From: Macrostomum lignano
Taxonomy: Eukaryota
Direction of reading: 5' to 3'
Length of the DNA: 64,000 nucleotides
Assembly (NCBI GenBank): GCA_002269645.1
Contig: NIVC01002069.1
Location: 62,001-126,000 of the forward strand
In this document: in pieces, positions 50,059 through 61,622 of the stretch
How positions within the stretch are numbered: position 1 is the first letter of the stretch
Layout of the letters: each line of letters begins with the position of its first letter
The notes under the pieces: generated by a model
What the model saw: only the letters and a program-made list of their open reading frames with translations
The model's database searches: none
Told to the model about the DNA's origin: nothing
Made by a program: the position numbers and the translations under genes

Positions 50059-52968
50059 ATGGCTGGTCGCCCACCCAACAGCGATGATGGCACAGTGTTC
50101 AAGCTTGTTGTAGTCGGCAATGGCGGCGTTGGGAAAAGCGCTTTGACAATTCAGTACTTCCAGAAGATGTTTGTGCAAGATTATGATCCCACGATTGAGG
50201 ACTCTTATATCCAGTTTAAGATGATTGATAACGAATGGTACTTGCTTGATGTGCTGGATACAGCAGGTAAGTTCGCTTTGATTATTTGAAATGTCAATAG
50301 TTTGGTTGACAGTTGGCAAAGGTCACTGAGTGTGCACTGAAAACGTTACTATGATAAGAATCGCTAAAGAGTCATCGCAAACAACTCACTAGTGACCTCG
50401 ATCTAGGAGTCTAGGGACTCTAGGCCGACTCCTGAAGCCTTTTGACGGCTCAAACGACTGCAATGCAACATATTGGCAACTGTTGAGTCATTAGCGCATA
50501 ACGTGCGTTGCAGAATCGTAAATGGGTCGCCGCAGACGTCCTAAATTGACTTTTAACGACTTGTACTGTGACGTCTCTACGTTTAGAGCCGTTAAAAGTC
50601 ACTTCTTTCCTACGGTATTTTACCTGTGTTACCTGTAACGACTCTGAGGCGATGCAAGTGGCTCTGGGACGCTTCCTGGCCTAGGTAGCTACCGTATTCA
50701 TCGGACAGTCGTTGACTTGGTTGCTGCCACAGCACACGTACTTTAAGAATAAAAAATTCAGGGTCACTGTACCAAATTTGCATTCTCCGGGGTTAACTGT
50801 CACTTTGTGGTTGTACATACTGGTCTAAATCTGTTCTAATCTGACATTGAACTCATTATTAATCTGTGATGACAGCTTTGATGCCAAAAACCTAGGATAA
50901 TTAGCATTTATATCTTTATATCAACGATTTGCAATGACTTACCTCCAGGACAAGAGGAGTTCTCAGCCATGCGAGAGCAGTACATGCGCAAAGGCGACGG
51001 CTTTCTGTTGGTCTATTCCGTTACTGATCGAAAAAGCTTCGAAGATATTCGACATTTTCATACGCAAATTTTGCGTGTTAAAGATCGCGAACATTATCCA
51101 ATGATTCTACTGGCTAACAAGGTGGATCTCGTGCATCTGAGGCAGGTGTTTGAGGACGAAGGCAAAGCCCTGGCAAGTCAACTTAAAGTGAGTTCGTTGG
51201 ATTAAATATTTCTTCATCTTAATTGAATCAGTCTGTGACTGCTTGCCATAGAGAGGGAGGAGAGAAGCGAGATGAGAGAAGAAATAGGAAGGTGGGGGAG
51301 GGAGAGAAGCGAGATAAGAGAAGAAATAGGAAGGTGGGGGAGGGAGAGAAGCGATATGAGAGAAGAAAGAGGAAGGGGGAGAGAGACGAGTTGAGTGAGG
51401 AAAGGGGGAGAGGATAGGAGAGGCGAGAGATGAGAGAGGAAGAGAAAAGAGAAGAGAGCTGAGAAGAGACAAACATTGAGCGGGCGGGATTGCTATTGTG
51501 ATGTTTCCCGGACCCACCCGAGGGCCGGATAGAGAGGCTTTGCGGGCCGCATGCGGCTTCTGATCTGGAGTTTGCCGACCTCTGTGTGAAAATTGAAATG
51601 AAATAGTAAGTCATAGAATTAGCAGTAGTGATAGTTTACTGGCTCAGGAAAACTTTTCTGTTCACCAAGCATAAGTTGATGTATTTAATAGTAGGAATTT
51701 TTTCATTTTAATTACGACTATATAGTCTGTCTAAACTGCAGTTCAACCTATCAAATGTAATGAGCTATATTGCTAAACTAATGTGCAAATTATGTTAGAA
51801 TTTGGCTTCTTGAATTCACTTATCGCTGAGATCAAGGCTAACGAATTGTTTGTGCAGAAGAAATGTTTATTATAAACTGTTGAGTGCTTTTTCGGCAGCT
51901 GCCACGCTTTTCTTGGCAAACCGGAAGTTGGCCCTACTAGCTTTTGTGAAAAGAAAACTTAGATACCTGCAATATATAAGGATTAGTGGGTCTTGGCGCT
52001 TCTTAGCTTTTAATAATCTAGTCAGGAAGGTGCAGTTCAGTTAACTGAATAACTGGGTTTCCGGCTGACCTGGCTTTCTTGCAACTACTGCATTTAATAC
52101 AGATAACAGATGTCCTGTAGTGTTAATTATAGTGTTAACTTTTATTTTAAAATAATGTAAGTCATGTCGGAATAGGAGTGCTGAAATATTTCATACACCA
52201 CAAAGAATTACCCATCAAGCTAATAAAAATTGCCTATCGAGGCCTTAACAAACGGCTATTAAAACTCAAAATCGCTCATCAAAGCCACTTAAAATCGCCG
52301 ATCAAAGCCCCAACAATCGCCCGTCAAAGCCCCAAGAATCGTCCGTCAAAGCCCCAACAATCGCCCATCAAAGCCCCAAGAATCGCCCGTCAAAGCCCCA
52401 AGAATCGCCCGTCAAAGCCCTAAGAATCGCCAATCAAAGTTTCAAAAATTACCCGTCAAAGCCCCAAGAATCGCCAATCAAAGTCTCGAGAATTACCCGT
52501 CAAAACCCCAAGAATCGCCCATCAAAGTCTCGAGAATTACCCGTCAAAACCCCAAGAATCGCCCATCAAAGTCTCGAGAATTACCCGTCAAAACCCCAAG
52601 AATCGCCCATCAAAGTCTCGAAAATTACCCGTCAAAACCCCAAGAATCGCCAATCAAAGTCTCGAAAATTACCCGTCTAAACCCCAAGAATCGCCAATCA
52701 AAGTCTCGAGAATTACCCGTCAAAGCCCCAAGAATCGCCCGTCAAAGCTCCAACGATCGGTCATAAAAATCTCAGGAATCGGTTATCGAACCCCCACCCT
52801 CAGATCCAGTACATCGAGACCAGCGCCAAAGACCCGCCATTCAATGTTGATGAAGCGTTCAACACAATTGTACGAATTGTTCGAAATCAGCCACGCGAGG
52901 CGGCACCGGCGAAAGAGAAAAAACGGCGCAGAGGCGCGGGGCGCAAACTCAAATGCGAGCTCATGTAA
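50059..52968 (+). CDS. MRAS: M-Ras (R-Ras3)-like small GTPase, copy A, 203 aa; exons 50059-50266, 50949-51187, 52804-52968
   Basis: G1 [39 protein letters not shown], the M-Ras-specific [12 protein letters not shown] and ILRVKDRE, a polybasic tail and CaaX CELM. Confidence 0.95.
50340..50690 (+). repeat. ~450-bp dispersed repeat family member in M-Ras A intron 1
   Basis: Homologous to 31075-31515 and 54780-55275. Confidence 0.75.
51250..51584. mobile_element. hAT-like MITE with purine-rich core (M-Ras A intron 2)
   Basis: Ends GAGTTTGCCGACCTCTG (reverse complement CAGAGGTCGGCAAACTC). It is absent from the equivalent intron of copy B. Confidence 0.65.
52285..52770. repeat. 22-bp minisatellite (CCCGTCAAAGCCCCAAGAATCG)n becoming a 44-bp dimer
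   Basis: Period 22 at 52381/52403 and period 44 at 52501/52545. Confidence 0.93.
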
Positions 52969-54501
52969 ATCTGGTTGCTAGGCAAAATATGTGTAAATAA
53001 GCCAGTAAATTCACCAGCCTGACAATAACCCTTAATTAGCATTACATTGCGGCTTTTTGTTGTTTATTTACAGTGAAAAAAGACGTTAAAACCCTATTAT
53101 TCTACTGCCTACCTTTTAGACAGCGTATCTAACTTTATTAATATTATTGTATTTGTTAATTTTGTCTAACCTTATTCAATTATATCTGGATAGGTAAATT
53201 TGAACTCGAAAATTTTTTTGTTTGTTTGATTTTCAAACTTTTATTTATTTTTGTGTAGCGTTAAAGTGCGCTTTTTTGCCAGTTTATTTTATCCCCATGA
53301 ATTTTATTAAATTCTCTATTGTATTTTAACATGCTCATTTGGTCGCTTTTACCGTTATTTTTAGTGGTATTTGGAACTTTTTGGTGCCATAAAAATGCGT
53401 GTATTTTTTAACTAGTAATGTCACGTAAATACATTTTCGAATTCTGTGTATACTACTTCAACCTAGGATGGATATAAGTAGTATGCCAAAAATATATATA
53501 TCTACAAGAAATTGATTAGATTAGCAGCGCCGCCTACTAATATTGACTGCTAAAACTGATTGGCTTTTCAACCCTGCTTTACATATTTAAATACCATTGT
53601 TTTTAAACGTGAAAAAGTTTTTAATCGTTTGCGGGTGGCTTCCTAAATTGTCTTAGTGAATGAATTCGGCTCAATATTTTCATAGAACAAGTGTTGTTTT
53701 TTTATCTAGCTTGTAGCATGGAACTAACGGGTAGTGATTTTGTTGCTTGTTCCGTCTATGTTATATTCTTTACGAGTATATGTGTTTTTAATGTTATTCT
53801 CCATGTTGGAATTTGCTCATGGTTATATAGACATCTATTCTGCCAATGTTCTTATTTACTCATTAGTAGGCGGGAAGATTATTAAGCTTAAAACTGCAAT
53901 GTTTAACAGAAGATCGTAAGCCATATTTGACTTCTGCGCAGCAAAGTGACTGTTTGACATTTATGTGCTCTAATGAAATGCACTAATTAAGGGTAGCAAA
54001 CTTATTTGTTACAAATTCAGCTTTAAATATAAAAATTATAGATATCTAAATTTCGTCCAAGCTTTCTGTTGTTGTTGCTTTCTTGTTTATGATATTTGAT
54101 AAATAAGTTGTAGGATGAATTTTTATTTAATATTCATATTAAGTAGGCTGGGAAGCGCGACCCCAGCTGGTCGCACCCATGAGAAGGCCCAGGCCCAAGG
54201 CACAGAGAGTGTACATGCCTGACGATTAGAAGTCACAAGGCCGCTGTACACCCTGTGTGAGCGTGTGAACGAGTGCCGTGCCTGCGTACAGTGTTGGCGC
54301 GCTTGTTGGCGTGTGGCGTGTTCAGGAGTCAGCCCTCAATCCTCGTGTGATGGTATATTTTAGAAGTGTAAGATATCCTTTAAAATCCCCTACAGTGTTC
54401 CTCATTCTTGGGTCTTTGTAGCATATGCATAGTTGTAGGCAAAACTGAGATAATTTCTAAGAATATTCGTCTTCCAAATTGATGCATTACTGCCAGGCGC
54501 A

Positions 54502-57500
54502 ATGGCTGGTCGCCCACCCAACAGCGATGATGGCACAGTGTTCAAGCTTGTTGTAGTGGGAAATGGTGGCGTTGGGAAAAGTGCTTTGACAATTCAGTAC
54601 TTCCAGAAGATGTTTGTACAAGATTATGATCCCACGATTGAGGACTCTTATATCCAGTTTAAGATGATTGATAACGAATGGTACTTGCTTGATGTGCTTG
54701 ATACAGCAGGTAAGTTCGCTCTGATTATTTGAAATGTCAATAGTTTAGTTAGTTGGCAAAGGTCACTCAGTGTGCACTGAGAACGTTACTGTGATACGAA
54801 TCGCTAGAGTAATTGCAAATAACTCACTAGTGACTAACGACTCTATAAACTACTCTAGAGGCTTTTAAACTGCTCAAACGACTGCAATGCAACGGAGAGG
54901 CGACTTGAGTGATGGTCGCATCAATTGAGCTGTAGATCTGTAGGAGCCACAAAATGTCGTCCAATAATCGTGTTAGACCTTTACTTTCTATTAACTTCAA
55001 TCCACTAAAGTTGTTATAAATGCGAATGAGATTCAAATTCATAAACTGATGCGGATGCGCTTTAGATGCAACTCGGTGTTTCTAAAGCGACTCTGGCCCC
55101 AGAGTCATTAAAGAAACGCCCCAGAGTCGCAGACAATAAAACGTCCCAAATTGACTCTTGGTGACATCTCATCGTTTTAGAGTCGTCTAAGAGTCACTTA
55201 CCTATTTTACCTGTGTAACCTGCAACGACTCTTGGCGACGCAAGTGACTCTGAGACGCCTCTTGGCCTAGGTACCGTTTTCATTATGCAGTCATTGTTTT
55301 GGTTCTCTGGCACAGTACGCACTGTGACTGTGCACCATGTTCGTGCTTAGGGGTCACCTATGTGATTGTTTATACTGTTCTGTTCTAATCTGAACGTGCC
55401 GTTACTACTTTGTTATGTCTTTGCAGGTCAAGATGAGTTCTCTGCCATGCGAGAGCAGTACATGCGCAAAGGCGACGGCTTTCTGTTAGTCTATTCCGTT
55501 ACTGATCGAAAAAGTTTCGAAGATATTCGACATTTTCATACGCAAATTTTGCGCGTTAAAGATCGCGAACATTATCCAATGATTCTACTGGCTAATAAGG
55601 TGGATATCGTGCACCTGAGGCAGGTGTTTGAGGACGAGGGCAAAGCCCTGGCAAGTCAACTTAAAGTGAGTTCGTTGGATTAAATACATTTCATCTTATG
55701 AAATTAGCTTATAATTATAGTAAGTTTGGAGTACAGGTTGGCTGTGGTACAGTATGTAGTACGCAAGGAAAGGAACGTCGTTAGAATATCTCTGGGAGAA
55801 TTCTGCTACTACTCTTATTTAAGTACACACGTTTACGAAACAAGGCGCTACAAACACACCCTCTGAGAACAAAGTAAAGGAAGTGTGAACAAAACAATGT
55901 ACGGTAGAGAAAACTGATCAGACAGGTTCAATAATTTTAATCAATGTATGCGCAGCAAACTAAGCACTGCAACATCAACCGAGTCCGATGCGAGGGTGTA
56001 GCTGGTTTTATACGATCGATTGACACCACTGAAGGCTTGCTGTTGGTTTCTAACGTGAATTTTGTCTGGTGTCTGTCTAAAGTCATACGTGGGTACATGC
56101 ATGCAGCCAAAGCAGACGGAAGTTGAAGGACGGAGGCGCGTTCGTGCATAGTTGGGTGTAAGGAAAAAAACAGCTGGTGCAGGCTTGTAAACAGCTCCTT
56201 GGCAGTGGACCAATGACTGTCTCGTCCCCGAAAATATGCATCTCGCGGAGCACAACAGGTAGCTGCTGGAGCCAGTCCTTTCTGCGTACTCTCAACCCAA
56301 CCTTCAGCGTCCGATAGATACTCAGCGATGCCATTCGCTCTCGGATATTTTAGGTTGGTGCGCGAGTGTAATAAAAAATTCCGAGCAGTATCGTCAAACT
56401 CTGCATGAGCTCCGCGCGGAACTGCCAGCCCTGGTCACTCGTCACGACCGTCAATGGTGGGCCGAACGGCGAAATCCTGGATTCTAGAAAGTGCGGCTGA
56501 CTTGGCGACGATGTCGGGTGGCTTCAAATCCAGCGCGAATACGCGTCGACCATCGTGAGCAAGTAGCGAGGCCTTGGACTGACATCGGTAGCCGTGACAA
56601 CCTGTCTTACACTGCTGACATTAGGCCATCAATTTTAGGATATCGACGATAACCATGTCCAGACAAAAGAAACGATAAATACAAGCGTAATGAGCCGTTG
56701 AGTAGCCTTGCTTCAATGGTGTGCGAACGAATGCAACGAATCGAACACGGCGTAGGTTTGTCTACTAGACAAAGACGCACCGCAGCGGGCAGTCCTTGAT
56801 GCCGGCCCATGTCGAAGTTGCTAAAACCACCTGTTTAAGAATCGGTCTCCGGGCTCTAACTGTGCCCAAGCGACGACTGGCAGGTCCACGCATTGCGGAA
56901 TGTCAGATTTGAGCCGAACAGTAGCTATTGGTTGGTCCTAGGCGGGGTAGACCAGCTGTTGTTATAGCGCGTCGGCCACGATGTTGTCTTTGGATAGTTA
57001 GAGTTGCTGCCGGTCAGAGAAACACCCTTTCCTATTCTCGAACACTCCGATGATGGGTTTGTGATCGCAGAACATGGAGGTCTGTTGATCCTGGATCATG
57101 TACTTCTGTCTTGACCGCGGAAAAGTAGGGAGTAGCTCTCAGCCTGCTGCTTCTGTATTGGATAGCTTGTGTAAGTAGAAAGCCAATAGTGAAGACTGCC
57201 CAGCTACTACCTGGTTGAAAGCTTCTTCAATGGCGGTGGCGCTGAAATCTTTTGTGACTGTAAACGGCTCTTGAGATGCCTTCCAAGCGCCTTCGTATCG
57301 ACTTGTCTAAATGAAAGAAGCAGTGACGAGCTGTCGTGGCGGGACGGCGTTATCGGCATAGTTGGGAATGCGCCGCTGGTAAAAAAAACATTCCGTGGTA
57401 GCGTTGCAATGATTGATAATCAGTGGGAAACTCGAGAGTTTTAGCGGCCGAATGCTGTCGGAAGCGACGAGGTTGCCAAGAAACTGCACTGAGTCGCGAA

Positions 57501-58045
57501 AGAGCTGGCGCGTCGCAGAATCGACGCTTAAACCTTTGTCGCTAAAGTGTCGCAGCATGCATAGCTTTCACGTGATCTTGGTGCTTTTCTTGCGACTGGC
57601 TATATACCAGGATGTTTTAAATGCATTGCGTTACGAACGGAAGCTCGCGGAAGATGGAGTCTACGTACCGTTGGAACGTATTAGCAGCGTTTCGGCGGCC
57701 GAATTTCATTCGCAGGTATTCAAAAGAATCTAGCCGGTACAAATAGCCGTTTTGTTTCAATGTCTTTGTCTGCCATCGGGACGAAGTGCTAGGCCTTGTT
57801 TAGTGGTAGGCTCTGTCTGTGTTTATCAACCCCCAAGAATCGGTAGTAAAACATCTCAATAATCGAACCCCCACCCTCAGATCCAATACATCGAGACCAG
57901 CGCTAAAGACCCGCCATTCAATGTTGATGAAGCCTTCAGCGCAATTGTACGAATTGTCCGAAATCAGCCACGCGAGGCGGTGCCGGCGAAAGAGAAAAAA
58001 CGGCGCAGAGGCGCGGGGCGCAAACTCAAATGCGAGCTCATGTAA
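54502..58045 (+). CDS. MRAS: M-Ras-like small GTPase, tandem copy B, 203 aa; exons 54502-54709, 55427-55665, 57881-58045
   Basis: Same exon sizes (208/239/165 nt) and intact frame as copy A; 5 amino-acid differences. Confidence 0.93.
54780..55275 (+). repeat. ~450-bp dispersed repeat family member in M-Ras B intron 1
   Basis: Homologous to 50340-50690 and 31075-31515. Confidence 0.75.
55950..57560 (-). mobile_element. Degenerate Ty3/Gypsy pol relic (RT-RNaseH-integrase) in M-Ras B intron 2
   Basis: Fragmented - strand motifs in Gypsy order: [17 protein letters not shown] (RT), MFCDHKPI and KDNIVADAL (RNaseH), [12 protein letters not shown] and [15 protein letters not shown] (integrase), [19 protein letters not shown], and VSIDRIKPA (GPY/F end). 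Confidence 0.88.
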
Positions 58046-59734
58046 ATCTGGTTGCTAAGATGGGAAAGATGGGTAAATAATCCAGTAAATTCACCAGCCT
58101 GACAAAAAACTTCAATAGGCATTAAATAGCTTTTTTGTCGTTTAGGGGAAAAATACGTTAAAACCTCTATTATGCTACTGCCTACCTTTTGGGCAGCGTC
58201 TCTACGTTTATATACATTGTTTTTGTCATTGTCGAATTTTATAGCAGGCTTTTTGCCAGTTTATTGTATCCCATCAATTTTATTAAGTTCTCTATTGTCT
58301 TTTAATTTTGCTCATCATACCAAACAATCCTTTTCTCTTTTACAAATTATAAAAACAGCATATCTGTATTATTTATTCGGAAAATAGTCTAAAATTGACC
58401 ATCTTTGGACGAGAAAATCCCCATGATCCCAGCCCCAGCTGCAGCGGCAACAGTAACTTTCGTGATGATGAAGTTCATTTATTGAATTCTGTGTATACTA
58501 CTTCAGAATATCACTGAATATGAGTAGTATGCTTGGATTAAAATCTACCAGAAATCAATTAGAGATTAGCTCTGCCTACTAATAGAATGGAAAAACTGAT
58601 TGCTGATCATCAAGCCCTGATTTATATATTTAAATACCATTGTAGCTATTTTTATGCCGTATTGTTAACATCATCAATGCAAAGATGCACGAATTTTGTC
58701 TCAATGCTTTCATAGAAAAAGGGTTGCTTTTTAAAATAGCATGAAGCCAACAGGTAGTCATGCTATTGTTTGTTCTGTGTCTGTATAGGTGTGATATAAT
58801 ATTTTTTATATTTGTTATATTTTTATTGTCTATATGCAGTTTTGAATTGGCTCGACTTGGTAAAAAATGCACTAATTAAGGGTACCAAACTTATTCGCTA
58901 CAAATTCAACTGCAAATATAAATATTTGATAGCTAATTTCGTCCCAGCTTTTTGCTGTTGTTATTGTTGTTTTCCGAATATGCCTCTGTCTTAAAAATTT
59001 GAGAGATTAGTTGTTTTATTGTTCTTATTAAAAGGCTACGAATAGTAGTGCGGCTACTATATTATAATACATAGTACTCGTATTAGTACAAAGCAATTGT
59101 AGTATTTGAGCGTAGTTCATATAGCAGCACAATATACCAATATACATGCCTTATTGTATGTATATATGTAACTGCATATCAATTATAGGAAAATCTTACT
59201 TATAGGGTTCCTGCGCCTCTGTCCAATAAGTGGAACAATACATGTAGAGCCGCGAGAGTTCAGAAATTATTTATGAGCAATTGAGCAGTAATCTCATTCT
59301 CACACTACACTATACGCATGAACAATATAGCTGGTATGCACCGAAGGTACGACAGCGAAACACGAACAACCTTTTCCTTTTCTTGGGCCTGTACCGTATC
59401 ATTTATTAGTTAATATGATATGGAAAAAGATTGTTAAGAATATCTGCCTTAGCTAAGTAGATATTTATTGTGCATAAATTAGTTATTATGCTTGAATTCC
59501 GTGGTAGAATTTTTATTCTGATATTCCTGAGCGAAATTCATTACCTAATTTAGGTCTGTAACAGGGTGTAGGTTCGGGTTTGAATTCAGGTTTAGAATAC
59601 TTTTGTAGGGGTTAATGAAATCGCTGACAGTATTATATATGCTGTCATTAGGCCTACTTCCAGGTTATAACTTAATCCCTAATTCTTAACTCCTATTCCT
59701 AAACCCTTAACGACATGTTTATCATAACTGCCTC

Positions 59735-61105
59735 TTGAGGGGCGCCCCTGTCTCTTTGGTAGGCACCCCACCGCCCCTGTCTCTTGGTGGGCGCCCCTGT
59801 CTCTTGGTGGGCGCCCCTGTTTCTTGGTGGGTGTCCCTATCTCTTAGTTGGGCGCCCCTGTTTCTTGGTGGGTGTCCCTATCTCTTAGTTGGGCGCCCCT
59901 GTTTCTTGGTGGGTGTCCCTATCTCTTAGTTGGGCGCCCCTGTTTCTTGGTGGGTGTCCCTATCTCTTAGTTGGGCGCCCCTGTTTCTTGGTGGGTGTCC
60001 CTATCTCTTAGTTGGGCGCCCCTGTTTCTTGGTGGGTGTCCCTATCTCTTAGTTGGGCGCCCCTGTTTCTTGGTGGGTGTCCCTATCTCTTAGTTGGGCG
60101 CCCCTGTTTCTTGGTGGGTGTCCCTATCTCTTAGTTGGGCGCCCCTGTTTCTTGGTGGGTGTCCCTATCTCTTAGTTGGGCGCCCCTGTTTCTTGGTGGG
60201 TGTCCCTATCTCTTAGTTGGGCGCCCCTGTTTCTTGGTGGGTGTCCCTATCTCTTAGTTGGGCGCCCCTGTTTCTTGGTGGGTGTCCCTATCTCTTAGTT
60301 GGGCGCCCCTGTTTCTTGGTGGGTGTCCCTATCTCTTAGTTGGGCGCCCCTGTTTCTTGGTGGGTGTCCCTATCTCTTAGTTGGGCGCCCCTGTTTCTTG
60401 GTGGGTGTCCCTATCTCTTAGTTGGGCGCCCCTGTTTCTTGGTGGGTGTCCCTATCTCTTAGTTGGGCGCCCCTGTTTCTTGGTGGGTGTCCCTATCTCT
60501 TAGTTGGGCGCCCCTGTTTCTTGGTGGGTGTCCCTATCTCTTAGTTGGGCGCCCCTGTTTCTTGGTGGGTGTCCCTATCTCTTAGTTGGGCGCCCCTGTT
60601 TCTTGGTGGGTGTCCCTATCTCTTAGTTGGGCGCCCCTGTTTCTTGGTGGGTGTCCCTATCTCTTAGTTGGGCGCCCCTGTTTCTTGGTGGGTGTCCCTA
60701 TCTCTTAGTTGGGCGCCCCTGTTTCTTGGTGGGTGTCCCTATCTCTTAGTTGGGCGCCCCTGTTTCTTGGTGGGTGTCCCTATCTCTTAGTTGGGCGCCC
60801 CTGTTTCTTGGTGGGTGTCCCTATCTCTTAGTTGGGCGCCCCTGTTTCTTGGTGGGTGTCCCTATCTCTTAGTTGGGCGCCCCTGTTTCTTGGTGGGTGT
60901 CCCTATCTCTTAGTTGGGCGCCCCTGTTTCTTGGTGGGTGTCCCTATCTCTTAGTTGGGCGCCCCTGTTTCTTGGTGGGTGTCCCTATCTCTTAGTTGGG
61001 CGCCCCTGTTTCTTGGTGGGTGTCCCTATCTCTTAGTTGGGCGCCCCTGTTTCTTGGTGGGCGGGGGCCCCCAGCTGTCTCTTAGTTGGGCGCCCCTGTC
61101 TCTTG
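59735..61105. repeat. 41-bp satellite (20+21 dimer), about 30 essentially identical copies
   Basis: GGGCGCCCCTGTTTCTTGGT+GGGTGTCCCTATCTCTTAGTT. Monomeric 20-mers flank both ends. Confidence 0.98.
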
Positions 61106-61622
61106 ATGGGCACACTACCCCGGTGCATGGCTGCCATGTCCAAGGTGAGGCAAAAGTTGAGCTCCTAGCATTCATCGAGCTTTGTTACCTGTTTCATTTA
61201 GTTTTCGGAGGGGCATTGAGGTGGGGTCGCCCCCTTCCTCCTGACCCCCTTTGCGTACCGTACGCCACCCAAATAGAACCTTTTTAATAGCTACTGTCTT
61301 TCTAGCCAGCTCTTCAAATGTACACAAAATATTTAGCAAGTGTCTTGCATTTGAATAAGTTTCGTAGTAGGAGACGAAAGAAACTAAACAGAATAATGGC
61401 AGTGTTCAGCTGTTCAGAGCTGTAAGCAAGCATAATTGTAATAGGAGGAGAGAGGGTGTAACTGCAGGTAACCGCTTAAACAACTAAGTGCAAGCATAGC
61501 CGTTGGGTCATTACAAAAGATTGGTCGCTGCAAAAACAGCGACTGGCACAGCGGGCGAGACAAGCTCAGATGCTCTGTGCGCTACCTCGAGTGAGACGGC
61601 GACGAGGGCCTTAGCAACAGAA

